Virus record (IMG/VR): IMGVR_UViG_3300035660_000001
Coordinates: 64,001-128,000 of that record
DNA length: 64,000 bases
Direction: 5' to 3' (one strand)
Source of the DNA: a virus
Shown here: positions 30,150 through 38,585 of the stretch, piece by piece
How the letters are laid out: the number at the start of each line of letters is the position of its first letter
Numbering within the stretch: position 1 is the stretch's first letter
Position numbers and translations under genes: made by a program
Notes under the pieces: model-generated
What the model saw: only the letters and a program-made list of their open reading frames with translations
Databases searched by the model: none
What the model was told of the DNA's origin: nothing

Positions 30150-30822
30150 TCTCGGAAGCATCGCTTCCTCTGCCTTCCAGGGTTACTTCCTTAAGCGAAG
30201 AAGGAAGCTGGCTTCGGTTTTCATTCTTGCCAAAGACCCTGGCGGGGCCACTCTGTCGTCCACTCGGGAACTCAACAGGAAGTTCTACAACAGCAGTCTC
30301 CTAACCCTTAAATTGCAGTTTTTCCCGGAGACCTTGACCGACGACGGCGGTGGAGTAACCTGGGCGAACATCGACGTTCCCTTTGCCCCCGTTCCGATCT
30401 ACCAGTGGACGGGAGGAGGCGAGCGGACGGTTTCCTTTACGGCGGTTCTCTACCGTGAAGTCTACCGTGAGAATACCGATCTCTCTCCGATGAAAGAGAG
30501 TAAGTATAACGTCGACATCAACGAACACATCAAGGTTCTCCGGTCGATGAAAACGGGGCGTTACGACACCAGTTCAAGTAACCAACCTTTGCAGGCTCCA
30601 CCTCTCCTGCTTCTTTACTTCCCCAAGACCCATCTCCGGATTCTCCCGAAGCAGGGGGCGGATATCCTGCCGTGCGTGATGACGAACTGCTCGATTGGCT
30701 ACAAGGCGTGGTTCGAGGACGGAACGCCGAGGCTGGCGTCCGTGGAGCTAACCTTTACGGAGATTTCGCAGTATTCCGGAACAGTTCTTTGGTTGGGAAG
30801 GGAAAAGTTTACAAACCGATAA
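30142..30822 (+). CDS. Tail tube initiator (gp48/gp54-like, CIS tube-type) protein
   Basis: FQ/LQFFPETL, PIYQWTGGGERTVSF, PP.L.L, F..GTPRLASVELTFTE. Confidence 0.75.
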   Translation: MPDLGSIASSAFQGYFLKRRRKLASVFILAKDPGGATLSSTRELNRKFYNSSLLTLKLQFFPETLTDDGGGVTWANIDVPFAPVPIYQWTGGGERTVSFTAVLYREVYRENTDLSPMKESKYNVDINEHIKVLRSMKTGRYDTSSSNQPLQAPPLLLLYFPKTHLRILPKQGADILPCVMTNCSIGYKAWFEDGTPRLASVELTFTEISQYSGTVLWLGREKFTNR

Positions 30823-30838
30823 AGAAAGGGGATGCGAT

Positions 30839-31243
30839 ATGCGAAACGGCGTCAAGGCGTTGTCCTATGAGCTTGTTTCTAATGCTCTGATTTCAGCTGG
30901 GAGATATGATGATGGCGAAGCGAAGGACTTCCTCAAGGGCTATCACGAGACGATCTGGAGCGAGATCCTGCCCGTCGACGATGACATGATCGATCGTGCT
31001 CTTCGGGCGAGGCTCAAAAGCTCCTCTCGGGTGAAGGAGTTTTTCGTCCACATAGCGGCCTTGAAGATGGCGGGGCGAGGGGGACTTACACCAACCCAGT
31101 TTGCTCTTCACCTGGGGATCACGGTTCCCAAAGCCTCCACAATTCTGACGGAGCTGAAGCGGCGCGGCAAGCTCAAGTGCGTATCCTGCAGAGGGATGCG
31201 AATCTACACTCCAAAGAATGGGAATGGCAACGGGCATAAGTGA
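30839..31243 (+). CDS. Winged HTH DNA-binding protein
   Basis: LTPTQFALHLGITVPKASTILTELKRRGKL. Confidence 0.6.
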   Translation: MRNGVKALSYELVSNALISAGRYDDGEAKDFLKGYHETIWSEILPVDDDMIDRALRARLKSSSRVKEFFVHIAALKMAGRGGLTPTQFALHLGITVPKASTILTELKRRGKLKCVSCRGMRIYTPKNGNGNGHK

Positions 31244-34200
31244 GTCCGACTAATCCTGGTGACATTCGTGGAGAACGGAAGAGTCCGGATGGCGTATCCA
31301 AATCTCTTCCGTCTTCCATCTTCTCCTGGCATTTAAATAACGAGATCTACGGCCAGGGACTCCCGGCGCCTGTCGGGGCATCCGGCTATTCCGGAACCGA
31401 CAAGCACATCAGCCCGAGGGATCACGTTCACGAGGGCGTTCACTCGATCGGGATCATCTCGCCCGTCGCGCCTCCTGCCCTGCACGGAGACGTTCGCTTC
31501 CAGGGTTACAGCGGGATCGACGTTGTCCAGAGCGGCCAGACGATCGCCATCAGTGGGGCGTCCGGTGGATCGGGGACATCGGGGGCCAGCGGGTATTCGG
31601 GGTTCAGTGGATACAGCGGGCCATCCGGGGCTTCAGGAGCTTCTGGGGCCTCGGGCCTGTCCGGGGCTTCAGGCGTGTCCGGGGAGAGCGGTTATTCGGG
31701 GGCCAGCGGGGCTTCAGGGGCTTCAGGAGCCTCTGGGACGTCCGGGACGTCCGGATACTCGGGTCAGTCGGGGTTCTCAGGCCAGAGTGGCCTTTCCGGG
31801 GCTTCTGGGGCATCCGGGACCTCGGGAGCTAGCGGTCAGAGCGGGTATAGCGGGTTTTCCGGGTTTTCAGGCCAAACGGGGGCTTCTGGGGCGTCCGGAG
31901 CCTCCGGGTCGAGCGGATCATCGGGTTACTCGGGACAATCGGGCTGGTCCGGCCTTTCCGGGGCTTCTGGGGCTACAGGAACGTCAGGCGCCTCCGGCCA
32001 GAGCGGGTACTCCGGCCTTTCGGGCTTTTCCGGCCTATCTGGGGGGTCCGGGGCTTCAGGAGCCTCGGGCGCCTCCGGGCAATCCGGATACTCGGGGTTC
32101 TCCGGGTTCACGGGAGCCAGCGGGGCATCAGGAGCCAGTGGATCGTCTGGTGCCTCGGGGAACTCGGGATACTCGGGGTTCTCGGGGTTCTCTGGATCCA
32201 GCGGGGCGTCTGGTCTGTCGGGGGCCAGTGGAGCGTCCGGAGCCAGTGGGGCAAGTGGTCTTTCCGGCTACAGCGGCTTCTCCGGGTTTAGTGGACCTTC
32301 CGGGGCATCCGGGCAGAGTGGAGCGAGCGGTGCATCAGGAGCATCAGGATATAGCGGGTTCAGCGGATTCACAGGAGCATCAGGAGCGTCAGGTGCCAGT
32401 GGAGCTTCAGGTGCATCAGGACAATCAGGCTACAGTGGTTTCTCGGGTTTCAGTGGCCTATCGGGAACTTCAGGAGCATCTGGTGCATCAGGGGCCAGCG
32501 GTCAGTCTGGGTATTCTGGGTTCTCTGGATTCAGCGGGGCATCCGGCCTCTCGGGTACGAGTGGTGCTTCCGGAGCCTCTGGGGCGTCTGGAGCTTCAGG
32601 TGCTTCTGGATACAGCGGGTTCAGCGGGTTCTCTGGGATCTCCGGAGCCTCGGGAGCTAGTGGTCTTTCAGGTGCGTCTGGACAGTCGGGCTACTCGGGA
32701 CTTTCTGGATTTTCTGGCCCGTCAGGTGCGTCTGGGGCCAGTGGAGCATCCGGGCAGTCCGGGTACTCCGGGTTCTCGGGGTTCACCGGGGCATCCGGTT
32801 TAAGCGGAGCGTCGGGAGCCAGCGGCGCAAGTGGCGCCAGCGGTCAATCGGGTTACTCAGGGTTCTCGGGATTTACAGGACTCAGCGGGGCCTCTGGTCT
32901 CAGCGGTGCCAGCGGGGCATCAGGTGCCAGCGGCCAGTCCGGGTACTCCGGCCTCAGTGGTTTCTCGGGTCCAGGTGGGGCGTCCGGTGCTTCTGGGGCT
33001 AGTGGTCAATCGGGATATAGTGGGTTCAGTGGTTTCTCGGGCCTCAGCGGAACTTCCGGAGCATCCGGCGCGTCGGGAGCTTCAGGCCAATCAGGGTATT
33101 CGGGCTTCTCGGGATTTTCCGGTTTGTCCGGATTGTCCGGAGCGTCAGGCGCGAGCGGTGCGTCTGGTGCTTCAGGTCAGTCCGGATATTCTGGTTTCTC
33201 GGGGTTCACTGGTGCTTCCGGTCTCTCCGGGGCCAGCGGAGACTCGGGGGCCTCGGGTCAGAGCGGGTATTCTGGATTTTCAGGTTTCACAGGGGCATCG
33301 GGAGCGTCCGGCCTTAGTGGTGCGTCCGGCCAATCTGGTTATTCTGGATTCTCCGGCTTCAGTGGGATCTCGGGAGCCAGCGGAGCTTCCGGGGCCTCGG
33401 GAGCATCGGGGCAAAGCGGTTACAGCGGGTTTTCTGGATTCAGTGGTCTGTCAGGTTCTTCCGGCGCATCGGGGGCCTCCGGCGCCTCGGGAGCATCAGG
33501 ACAATCCGGCTACTCGGGATTCAGTGGATTCACGGGGGCATCGGGACTAAGCGGAGCATCGGGGGCCTCGGGAGCGAGCGGACAAAGTGGATACTCAGGT
33601 CTCAGTGGTCTTTCTGGAGCGGTGGGACTTTCGGGCGCGTCTGGTTATTCAGGATTTAGTGGGTTCAGCGGTGCGAGCGGGGCATCAGGTCTTTCTGGTG
33701 CGAGTGGGGCATCCGGGGCCAGCGGCCAGAGCGGCTATTCGGGATTCAGTGGGTTCACCGGGGCTTCCGGAGCCTCAGGTGCGAGTGGAGCTTCTGGTGC
33801 TTCCGGACTCTCCGGCTACAGCGGTCTTAGCGGACTCAGCGGATCGTCTGGCGCGTCTGGCGCGTCCGGGGCCTCCGGCCTCAGTGGGTATTCCGGATTC
33901 TCGGGATTCACTGGGCTTAGTGGAGCTTCCGGGGCAAGTGGAGCTTCCGGGGCCAGCGGCCAAAGCGGTTACAGCGGCTTCTCCGGGTTTTCAGGACTTT
34001 CTGGTGCGAGTGGCGCGTCCGGAGCTTCCGGCGCATCAGGACTTTCAGGTGCTTCCGGAGCCAGTGGCCTCAGCGGCTACTCCGGATTTAGCGGATTCAC
34101 GGGAGCCTCTGGCCTTAGTGGGGCCTCGGGAGCGAGTGGAGCAAGTGGGCAGTCCGGATATTCCGGCTTCTCAGGCTTCACCGGAGCCTCTGGGCTCAGC

Positions 34201-37200
34201 GGAGCTTCAGGAGCGAGTGGAGCCTCCGGTCAGTCTGGGTATTCCGGATTCAGCGGATTCAGCGGCCTCAGCGGTGCTTCCGGCCTTTCAGGAGCCTCGG
34301 GTGCCAGTGGTGCTAGTGGAGCATCCGGAGCCAGCGGAGCGAGTGGCTACTCGGGCTTCTCGGGCTTCACGGGAGCCTCGGGACTTTCTGGGGCATCCGG
34401 CGCTTCCGGAGCTTCCGGCCTCAGTGGATACTCAGGCTTTTCGGGATTCACTGGGGCTAGTGGTCTCTCTGGAGCCTCCGGCGCCTCAGGCGCCAGCGGA
34501 CAGTCCGGCTACTCGGGCTTCAGCGGATTCAGTGGACTCTCGGGTGCCTCGGGAGCGAGTGGAGCATCTGGGGCTTCTGGACAGTCGGGATATAGCGGAC
34601 TCTCTGGGTTTTCTGGACTCTCTGGGGCCTCCGGAGCCTCGGGAGCATCAGGGCTCTCGGGAGCATCCGGGGCCAGCGGTCTAAGCGGCTACTCAGGCTT
34701 CAGTGGGTTCACGGGTGCTTCCGGCGCATCGGGTCTTAGCGGGGCCTCTGGTGCATCCGGACAAAGTGGATATTCGGGCTTCAGCGGCTTTACCGGGGCG
34801 AGTGGTCTGTCTGGTCTTTCCGGGGCCAGCGGGGCCTCCGGGGCCAGCGGCTATTCCGGATTCAGCGGGTTCTCGGGACTGTCCGGTGCATCCGGTCTCA
34901 GCGGAGCGAGCGGGGCCAGCGGAACTTCCGGAGCTTCGGGCCAATCAGGTTACTCTGGTCTCAGCGGTTTCTCTGGCCTCAGTGGAGCTTCAGGAGCCTC
35001 GGGGGCCAGCGGGGCATCTGGACAAAGCGGGTACTCTGGTTTCAGCGGCTTCACTGGTGCTTCGGGTCTCAGCGGAGCGTCAGGCGCCTCCGGTGCTTCC
35101 GGTCTAAGCGGTTATTCCGGGTTCAGCGGATTTACGGGCGCCAGCGGGCTTTCCGGATTATCCGGAGCTAGTGGCGCCTCTGGCGCGTCGGGGGCTTCAG
35201 GCCAATCGGGTTACAGTGGATTCTCGGGGTTCACGGGGTTATCCGGTGCATCAGGTCTTTCGGGTGCCAGCGGGGCTAGTGGAGCGTCCGGCCAGAGTGG
35301 GTATAGTGGTTTCAGCGGATTCAGCGGGTTGTCCGGTCTCTCCGGAGCTAGTGGGGCTTCAGGAGCGAGCGGGGCAAGCGGAGCTTCCGGCCAGTCGGGC
35401 TATTCCGGGTTCTCTGGGTTCACCGGCGCCTCCGGCCTCAGTGGAGCAAGTGGTGCTTCTGGAGCCTCCGGTCTCAGCGGATATAGTGGCTTCAGTGGCT
35501 TTTCCGGGATCTCAGGCGCGTCTGGACTTAGCGGGGCCTCTGGTGCCAGTGGTCTATCGGGCTACTCCGGCTTCAGCGGATTCACCGGGGCCTCGGGCCT
35601 CAGTGGGGCTTCGGGAGCATCGGGTGCATCAGGCGCCTCGGGAGCTTCCGGCCTCTCGGGCTACTCAGGCTTCTCAGGCTTCAGTGGTTTAAGTGGAGCG
35701 TCAGGAGCCTCAGGTGCTTCCGGGGCTTCCGGTCAGAGCGGGTATTCCGGATTTAGTGGATTTACGGGTCTTAGCGGTGCCTCGGGAGCAAGCGGAGCAT
35801 CCGGAGCTTCTGGCCTCTCCGGGTATTCTGGTTTTAGTGGATTCACAGGAGCCTCTGGTCTTTCTGGGGCATCTGGGGCCAGCGGCGCCTCGGGGCTAAG
35901 TGGATATTCCGGCTTCTCAGGCTTTTCTGGTCTCTCCGGCCTCAGCGGAGCGAGCGGAGCCTCTGGTGCTTCGGGAGCGAGCGGAGCGTCTGGACTTTCT
36001 GGTTATTCTGGATTCTCTGGTTTTACCGGGGCTAGTGGCTTGTCCGGAACTTCAGGGGCTTCAGGAGCTTCTGGGGCCTCAGGTGCCAGCGGGGCATCGG
36101 GGTATAGTGGCTATCTCTCTCCTTCTCTGTTTAGAAACTATACCAACGCAGAATATCTGGCCAGCGATACAGCGGGATGGTACGCTCCCGTGGCGAGAAC
36201 TGGAAACGAAAGAGTTTATCTCTGCCAGACTCCGCAGACTCAGAATAATGTTGGGTTCCGCATCAGAGCGGCGTTTAAGCCCAATGCCTCGACAGATACC
36301 TACGGAATATGTTTTGGATGGAATGGAGTAAACCCGGCATCTGCTACGGGGTTGGTCTTTTACTATACTGGTGCCGGAACTACACTAAATATGTCTGTTG
36401 ATAATGCCGGAAGCTGGTCTAGTGTGTCTGGCGGTGCTTTTACGGTCACATTGGCTACGGGACAGTGGCATAATATAGAACTCTATATATATCCCAACGT
36501 TGGAAGTGCTGTCAATGTAGTCGATTGCTATTGCGATGGTATTTTCTACTATCGGATGACGACTTCCGACTTCTCTGCTTTCGCCGCTTATACGGGTTAC
36601 TATGGGGTCTGGTTGGATGCCACGGCGGTCAGGGTTCACCCCGACTTTATCGTCGATGAACTTGGGTCGGTTATGGCCCCGAAGATCAGCTACGAAGGTT
36701 ATCCGGGTTTCTACGACCACTTCGACGGGACCTCTCTCGACACAAATTCTTGGACTAAGGTGGGAGCCTCTGCTACTTATTCGGTGAATCAAAGTATAAT
36801 AGGTATCCTGAACGCCGGGGGCACCTATGGTGAAATGTATACAAAGAGGACGTGGCTATACGGTAGACTTTCCATGCGGGTGAAGGATGATTTCGATAGG
36901 TCGGGTGTGTTCCGAAACGCCGTTGGTTTCTGGAATGCGGCAGGTACTTATTATGTTCGCTTTAATGACGGTAAGTTTGAGACCTACGATGGGACAGTAA
37001 CTCAGACGACGGTCGCGGTTCCAGCCAAGGCATGGCATCTTATAGAGATTACGTGGGACCCTAATAAGTGTAGGATGTTATTAAACGGTCAGGTCGTTGC
37101 AGAACATACGACACACATTCCGACGAACGTTTGGTTGCCTGTCCATATTTTTTCTGGCGACACTTCTGTTGGTATTAGTTTCGATTGGATTGGTGTTGTC

Positions 37201-37578
37201 GGGGCGTATGGTCTTAAGAACATAGACCACCTGTCTTTCGGAACTTTGGCTGGAGCAGGCGACCGCTATTTCAGCGTTGGGAACGAAGCGACTGGAACAA
37301 GATATTCAACACTGATGATGTCTCCCGGAAGAATTATAGGGTTACGGTGTCGTGGTGCGACCATAGGATTGAGGACAGCACTTAGGAATGTAGCTCCCGT
37401 CTACTTTGCTGAGGGTGATGATATATCTGTCCGAATATGGTATACTATGGTTGGAGGAACTTTTGTGGAAGTTTGGAAGAATGGTGCTCTGGCGACAGGG
37501 TGGTCTGATAATGTTGATGCGGTCAGTGATTCTCGTAACCAGGAGTGGGTTGCTACGGTCTTGGTGGAGTACCTGTAA
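31240..37578 (+). CDS. Giant Gly-X-Ser triplet-repeat fibre protein 2 with C-terminal lectin/beta-sandwich-like domains
   Basis: 2112 aa; N-terminal SPRDHVH fibre motif; about 1520 aa of SGx triplets; C-terminal ConA/GH16-like beta domains (DHFDGTSLD..W, WHLIEITW). Confidence 0.8.
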   Translation: MSPTNPGDIRGERKSPDGVSKSLPSSIFSWHLNNEIYGQGLPAPVGASGYSGTDKHISPRDHVHEGVHSIGIISPVAPPALHGDVRFQGYSGIDVVQSGQTIAISGASGGSGTSGASGYSGFSGYSGPSGASGASGASGLSGASGVSGESGYSGASGASGASGASGTSGTSGYSGQSGFSGQSGLSGASGASGTSGASGQSGYSGFSGFSGQTGASGASGASGSSGSSGYSGQSGWSGLSGASGATGTSGASGQSGYSGLSGFSGLSGGSGASGASGASGQSGYSGFSGFTGASGASGASGSSGASGNSGYSGFSGFSGSSGASGLSGASGASGASGASGLSGYSGFSGFSGPSGASGQSGASGASGASGYSGFSGFTGASGASGASGASGASGQSGYSGFSGFSGLSGTSGASGASGASGQSGYSGFSGFSGASGLSGTSGASGASGASGASGASGYSGFSGFSGISGASGASGLSGASGQSGYSGLSGFSGPSGASGASGASGQSGYSGFSGFTGASGLSGASGASGASGASGQSGYSGFSGFTGLSGASGLSGASGASGASGQSGYSGLSGFSGPGGASGASGASGQSGYSGFSGFSGLSGTSGASGASGASGQSGYSGFSGFSGLSGLSGASGASGASGASGQSGYSGFSGFTGASGLSGASGDSGASGQSGYSGFSGFTGASGASGLSGASGQSGYSGFSGFSGISGASGASGASGASGQSGYSGFSGFSGLSGSSGASGASGASGASGQSGYSGFSGFTGASGLSGASGASGASGQSGYSGLSGLSGAVGLSGASGYSGFSGFSGASGASGLSGASGASGASGQSGYSGFSGFTGASGASGASGASGASGLSGYSGLSGLSGSSGASGASGASGLSGYSGFSGFTGLSGASGASGASGASGQSGYSGFSGFSGLSGASGASGASGASGLSGASGASGLSGYSGFSGFTGASGLSGASGASGASGQSGYSGFSGFTGASGLSGASGASGASGQSGYSGFSGFSGLSGASGLSGASGASGASGASGASGASGYSGFSGFTGASGLSGASGASGASGLSGYSGFSGFTGASGLSGASGASGASGQSGYSGFSGFSGLSGASGASGASGASGQSGYSGLSGFSGLSGASGASGASGLSGASGASGLSGYSGFSGFTGASGASGLSGASGASGQSGYSGFSGFTGASGLSGLSGASGASGASGYSGFSGFSGLSGASGLSGASGASGTSGASGQSGYSGLSGFSGLSGASGASGASGASGQSGYSGFSGFTGASGLSGASGASGASGLSGYSGFSGFTGASGLSGLSGASGASGASGASGQSGYSGFSGFTGLSGASGLSGASGASGASGQSGYSGFSGFSGLSGLSGASGASGASGASGASGQSGYSGFSGFTGASGLSGASGASGASGLSGYSGFSGFSGISGASGLSGASGASGLSGYSGFSGFTGASGLSGASGASGASGASGASGLSGYSGFSGFSGLSGASGASGASGASGQSGYSGFSGFTGLSGASGASGASGASGLSGYSGFSGFTGASGLSGASGASGASGLSGYSGFSGFSGLSGLSGASGASGASGASGASGLSGYSGFSGFTGASGLSGTSGASGASGASGASGASGYSGYLSPSLFRNYTNAEYLASDTAGWYAPVARTGNERVYLCQTPQTQNNVGFRIRAAFKPNASTDTYGICFGWNGVNPASATGLVFYYTGAGTTLNMSVDNAGSWSSVSGGAFTVTLATGQWHNIELYIYPNVGSAVNVVDCYCDGIFYYRMTTSDFSAFAAYTGYYGVWLDATAVRVHPDFIVDELGSVMAPKISYEGYPGFYDHFDGTSLDTNSWTKVGASATYSVNQSIIGILNAGGTYGEMYTKRTWLYGRLSMRVKDDFDRSGVFRNAVGFWNAAGTYYVRFNDGKFETYDGTVTQTTVAVPAKAWHLIEITWDPNKCRMLLNGQVVAEHTTHIPTNVWLPVHIFSGDTSVGISFDWIGVVGAYGLKNIDHLSFGTLAGAGDRYFSVGNEATGTRYSTLMMSPGRIIGLRCRGATIGLRTALRNVAPVYFAEGDDISVRIWYTMVGGTFVEVWKNGALATGWSDNVDAVSDSRNQEWVATVLVEYL
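31552..36113 (+). repeat. Coding (Ser-Gly-X)n repeat block 2
   Basis: About 500 near-uninterrupted triplets with the same higher-order SGYSGFSGF unit as block 1. Confidence 0.95.
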
Positions 37579-37590
37579 AAAGGAGGATGC

Positions 37591-37827
37591 ATGAAGTATT
37601 TTAGGCAAGGAGTTCTGGTGCCGGGGGAAACGTTCGGGACGTTCATGAAGAAACCCATCCCCATCCAGGCGGCGCGAATTGACGAGCCCTTCGAGGTTCA
37701 GACTCTCGAGGGAACGATGACGGGGAATGCAGGAGACTATCTGCTGATCGGGGTCCTGGGCGAGCTGTATCCCTGCAAGAAGGAGATCTTCGAAACAACC
37801 TATCAACCCGTGGAGGAGACGAAATGA
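37591..37827 (+). CDS. Small PGDYG-like phage protein
   Basis: TLEG.M....GDYL..G..GELYPC...IFE.TY motif. Confidence 0.7.
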   Translation: MKYFRQGVLVPGETFGTFMKKPIPIQAARIDEPFEVQTLEGTMTGNAGDYLLIGVLGELYPCKKEIFETTYQPVEETK

Positions 37828-38585
37828 ATACCTCCGGAGCCCTCGAAATAACGACCGTGATCGGCTGTGTCAACCGGTGCAAATACTGCCCGCAGAAGAA
37901 GCTGGTCTATAATTACCACCTGCAGGCGAAGCAACCGAAGGAAATGGCATTGGCCGACTTTGAGACTATCATCTCTACGGTTCCCAAGCCCGTCCGGATC
38001 GACTTCTCCGGCTTCTCGGAGCCCTTCCTGAATCCGGAGGGTTCACGGATGATACGGGCGGCCGCTGATAAGGGGCATCCCGTAGCCCTCTACACGACGA
38101 TGGTCGGCATGACGGAGAAGGATGTGGCCACCATCCAGGGGATCGCCTTCGACACCCTAGTCATCCACAGGACGGCTTCCCCGGAGCTCACGGACGAGTG
38201 GTTCAAGAAGAAGCGGGATGCCCTGGCCGGAGCCGTGGACGCGAAGATCAAGAACCTCGAGGATCGGGTGCATTCCCCCGTCTCCCGGGCCGGAAATCTG
38301 TATCCCACCGTCACGGCGGTGGAGGGCCCCCTTCACTGCGGGGCATGCGGGGATCACTTCAACCGCAACGAAGTTCTGCCGAACGGGAACGTCTACCTGT
38401 GTTGCATGGACTACGGCCTGAAGCACAGGATCGGAAATCTCCTGAAGCAGAGCTGGGATAGCCTAGACCGGGATTCCATCCGGAAGATGGCCCGGGCAGA
38501 TAGCTCGGATTTACTATGTCGTTCATGTGAAAATGCGAGGAGGAGCAATGTCTCTCATCAAGACGGACCGGTTCCAACGGCGTGA
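37824..38585 (+). CDS. Radical SAM / SPASM-twitch domain protein
   Basis: CVNRCKYCPQ, FSGFSEP, SRAGNL, YLCCMDY...IGNL, CRSCE. Confidence 0.85.
   Translation: MNTSGALEITTVIGCVNRCKYCPQKKLVYNYHLQAKQPKEMALADFETIISTVPKPVRIDFSGFSEPFLNPEGSRMIRAAADKGHPVALYTTMVGMTEKDVATIQGIAFDTLVIHRTASPELTDEWFKKKRDALAGAVDAKIKNLEDRVHSPVSRAGNLYPTVTAVEGPLHCGACGDHFNRNEVLPNGNVYLCCMDYGLKHRIGNLLKQSWDSLDRDSIRKMARADSSDLLCRSCENARRSNVSHQDGPVPTA

Noticed and set aside
16347-30822. Extracellular contractile injection system (eCIS/tailocin) rather than phage
   Set aside because: The window also carries a DNA ligase, DUF932, DUF5131, a DNA methylase and a promoter-rich early region, all typical of a phage genome.
8495-36331. Long alternative-frame ORFs inside the SGx repeats (e.g. 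8495-10102, 31523-32803, 33587-34684)
   Set aside because: Shadow frames caused by low-complexity Gly/Ser/Ala codons.
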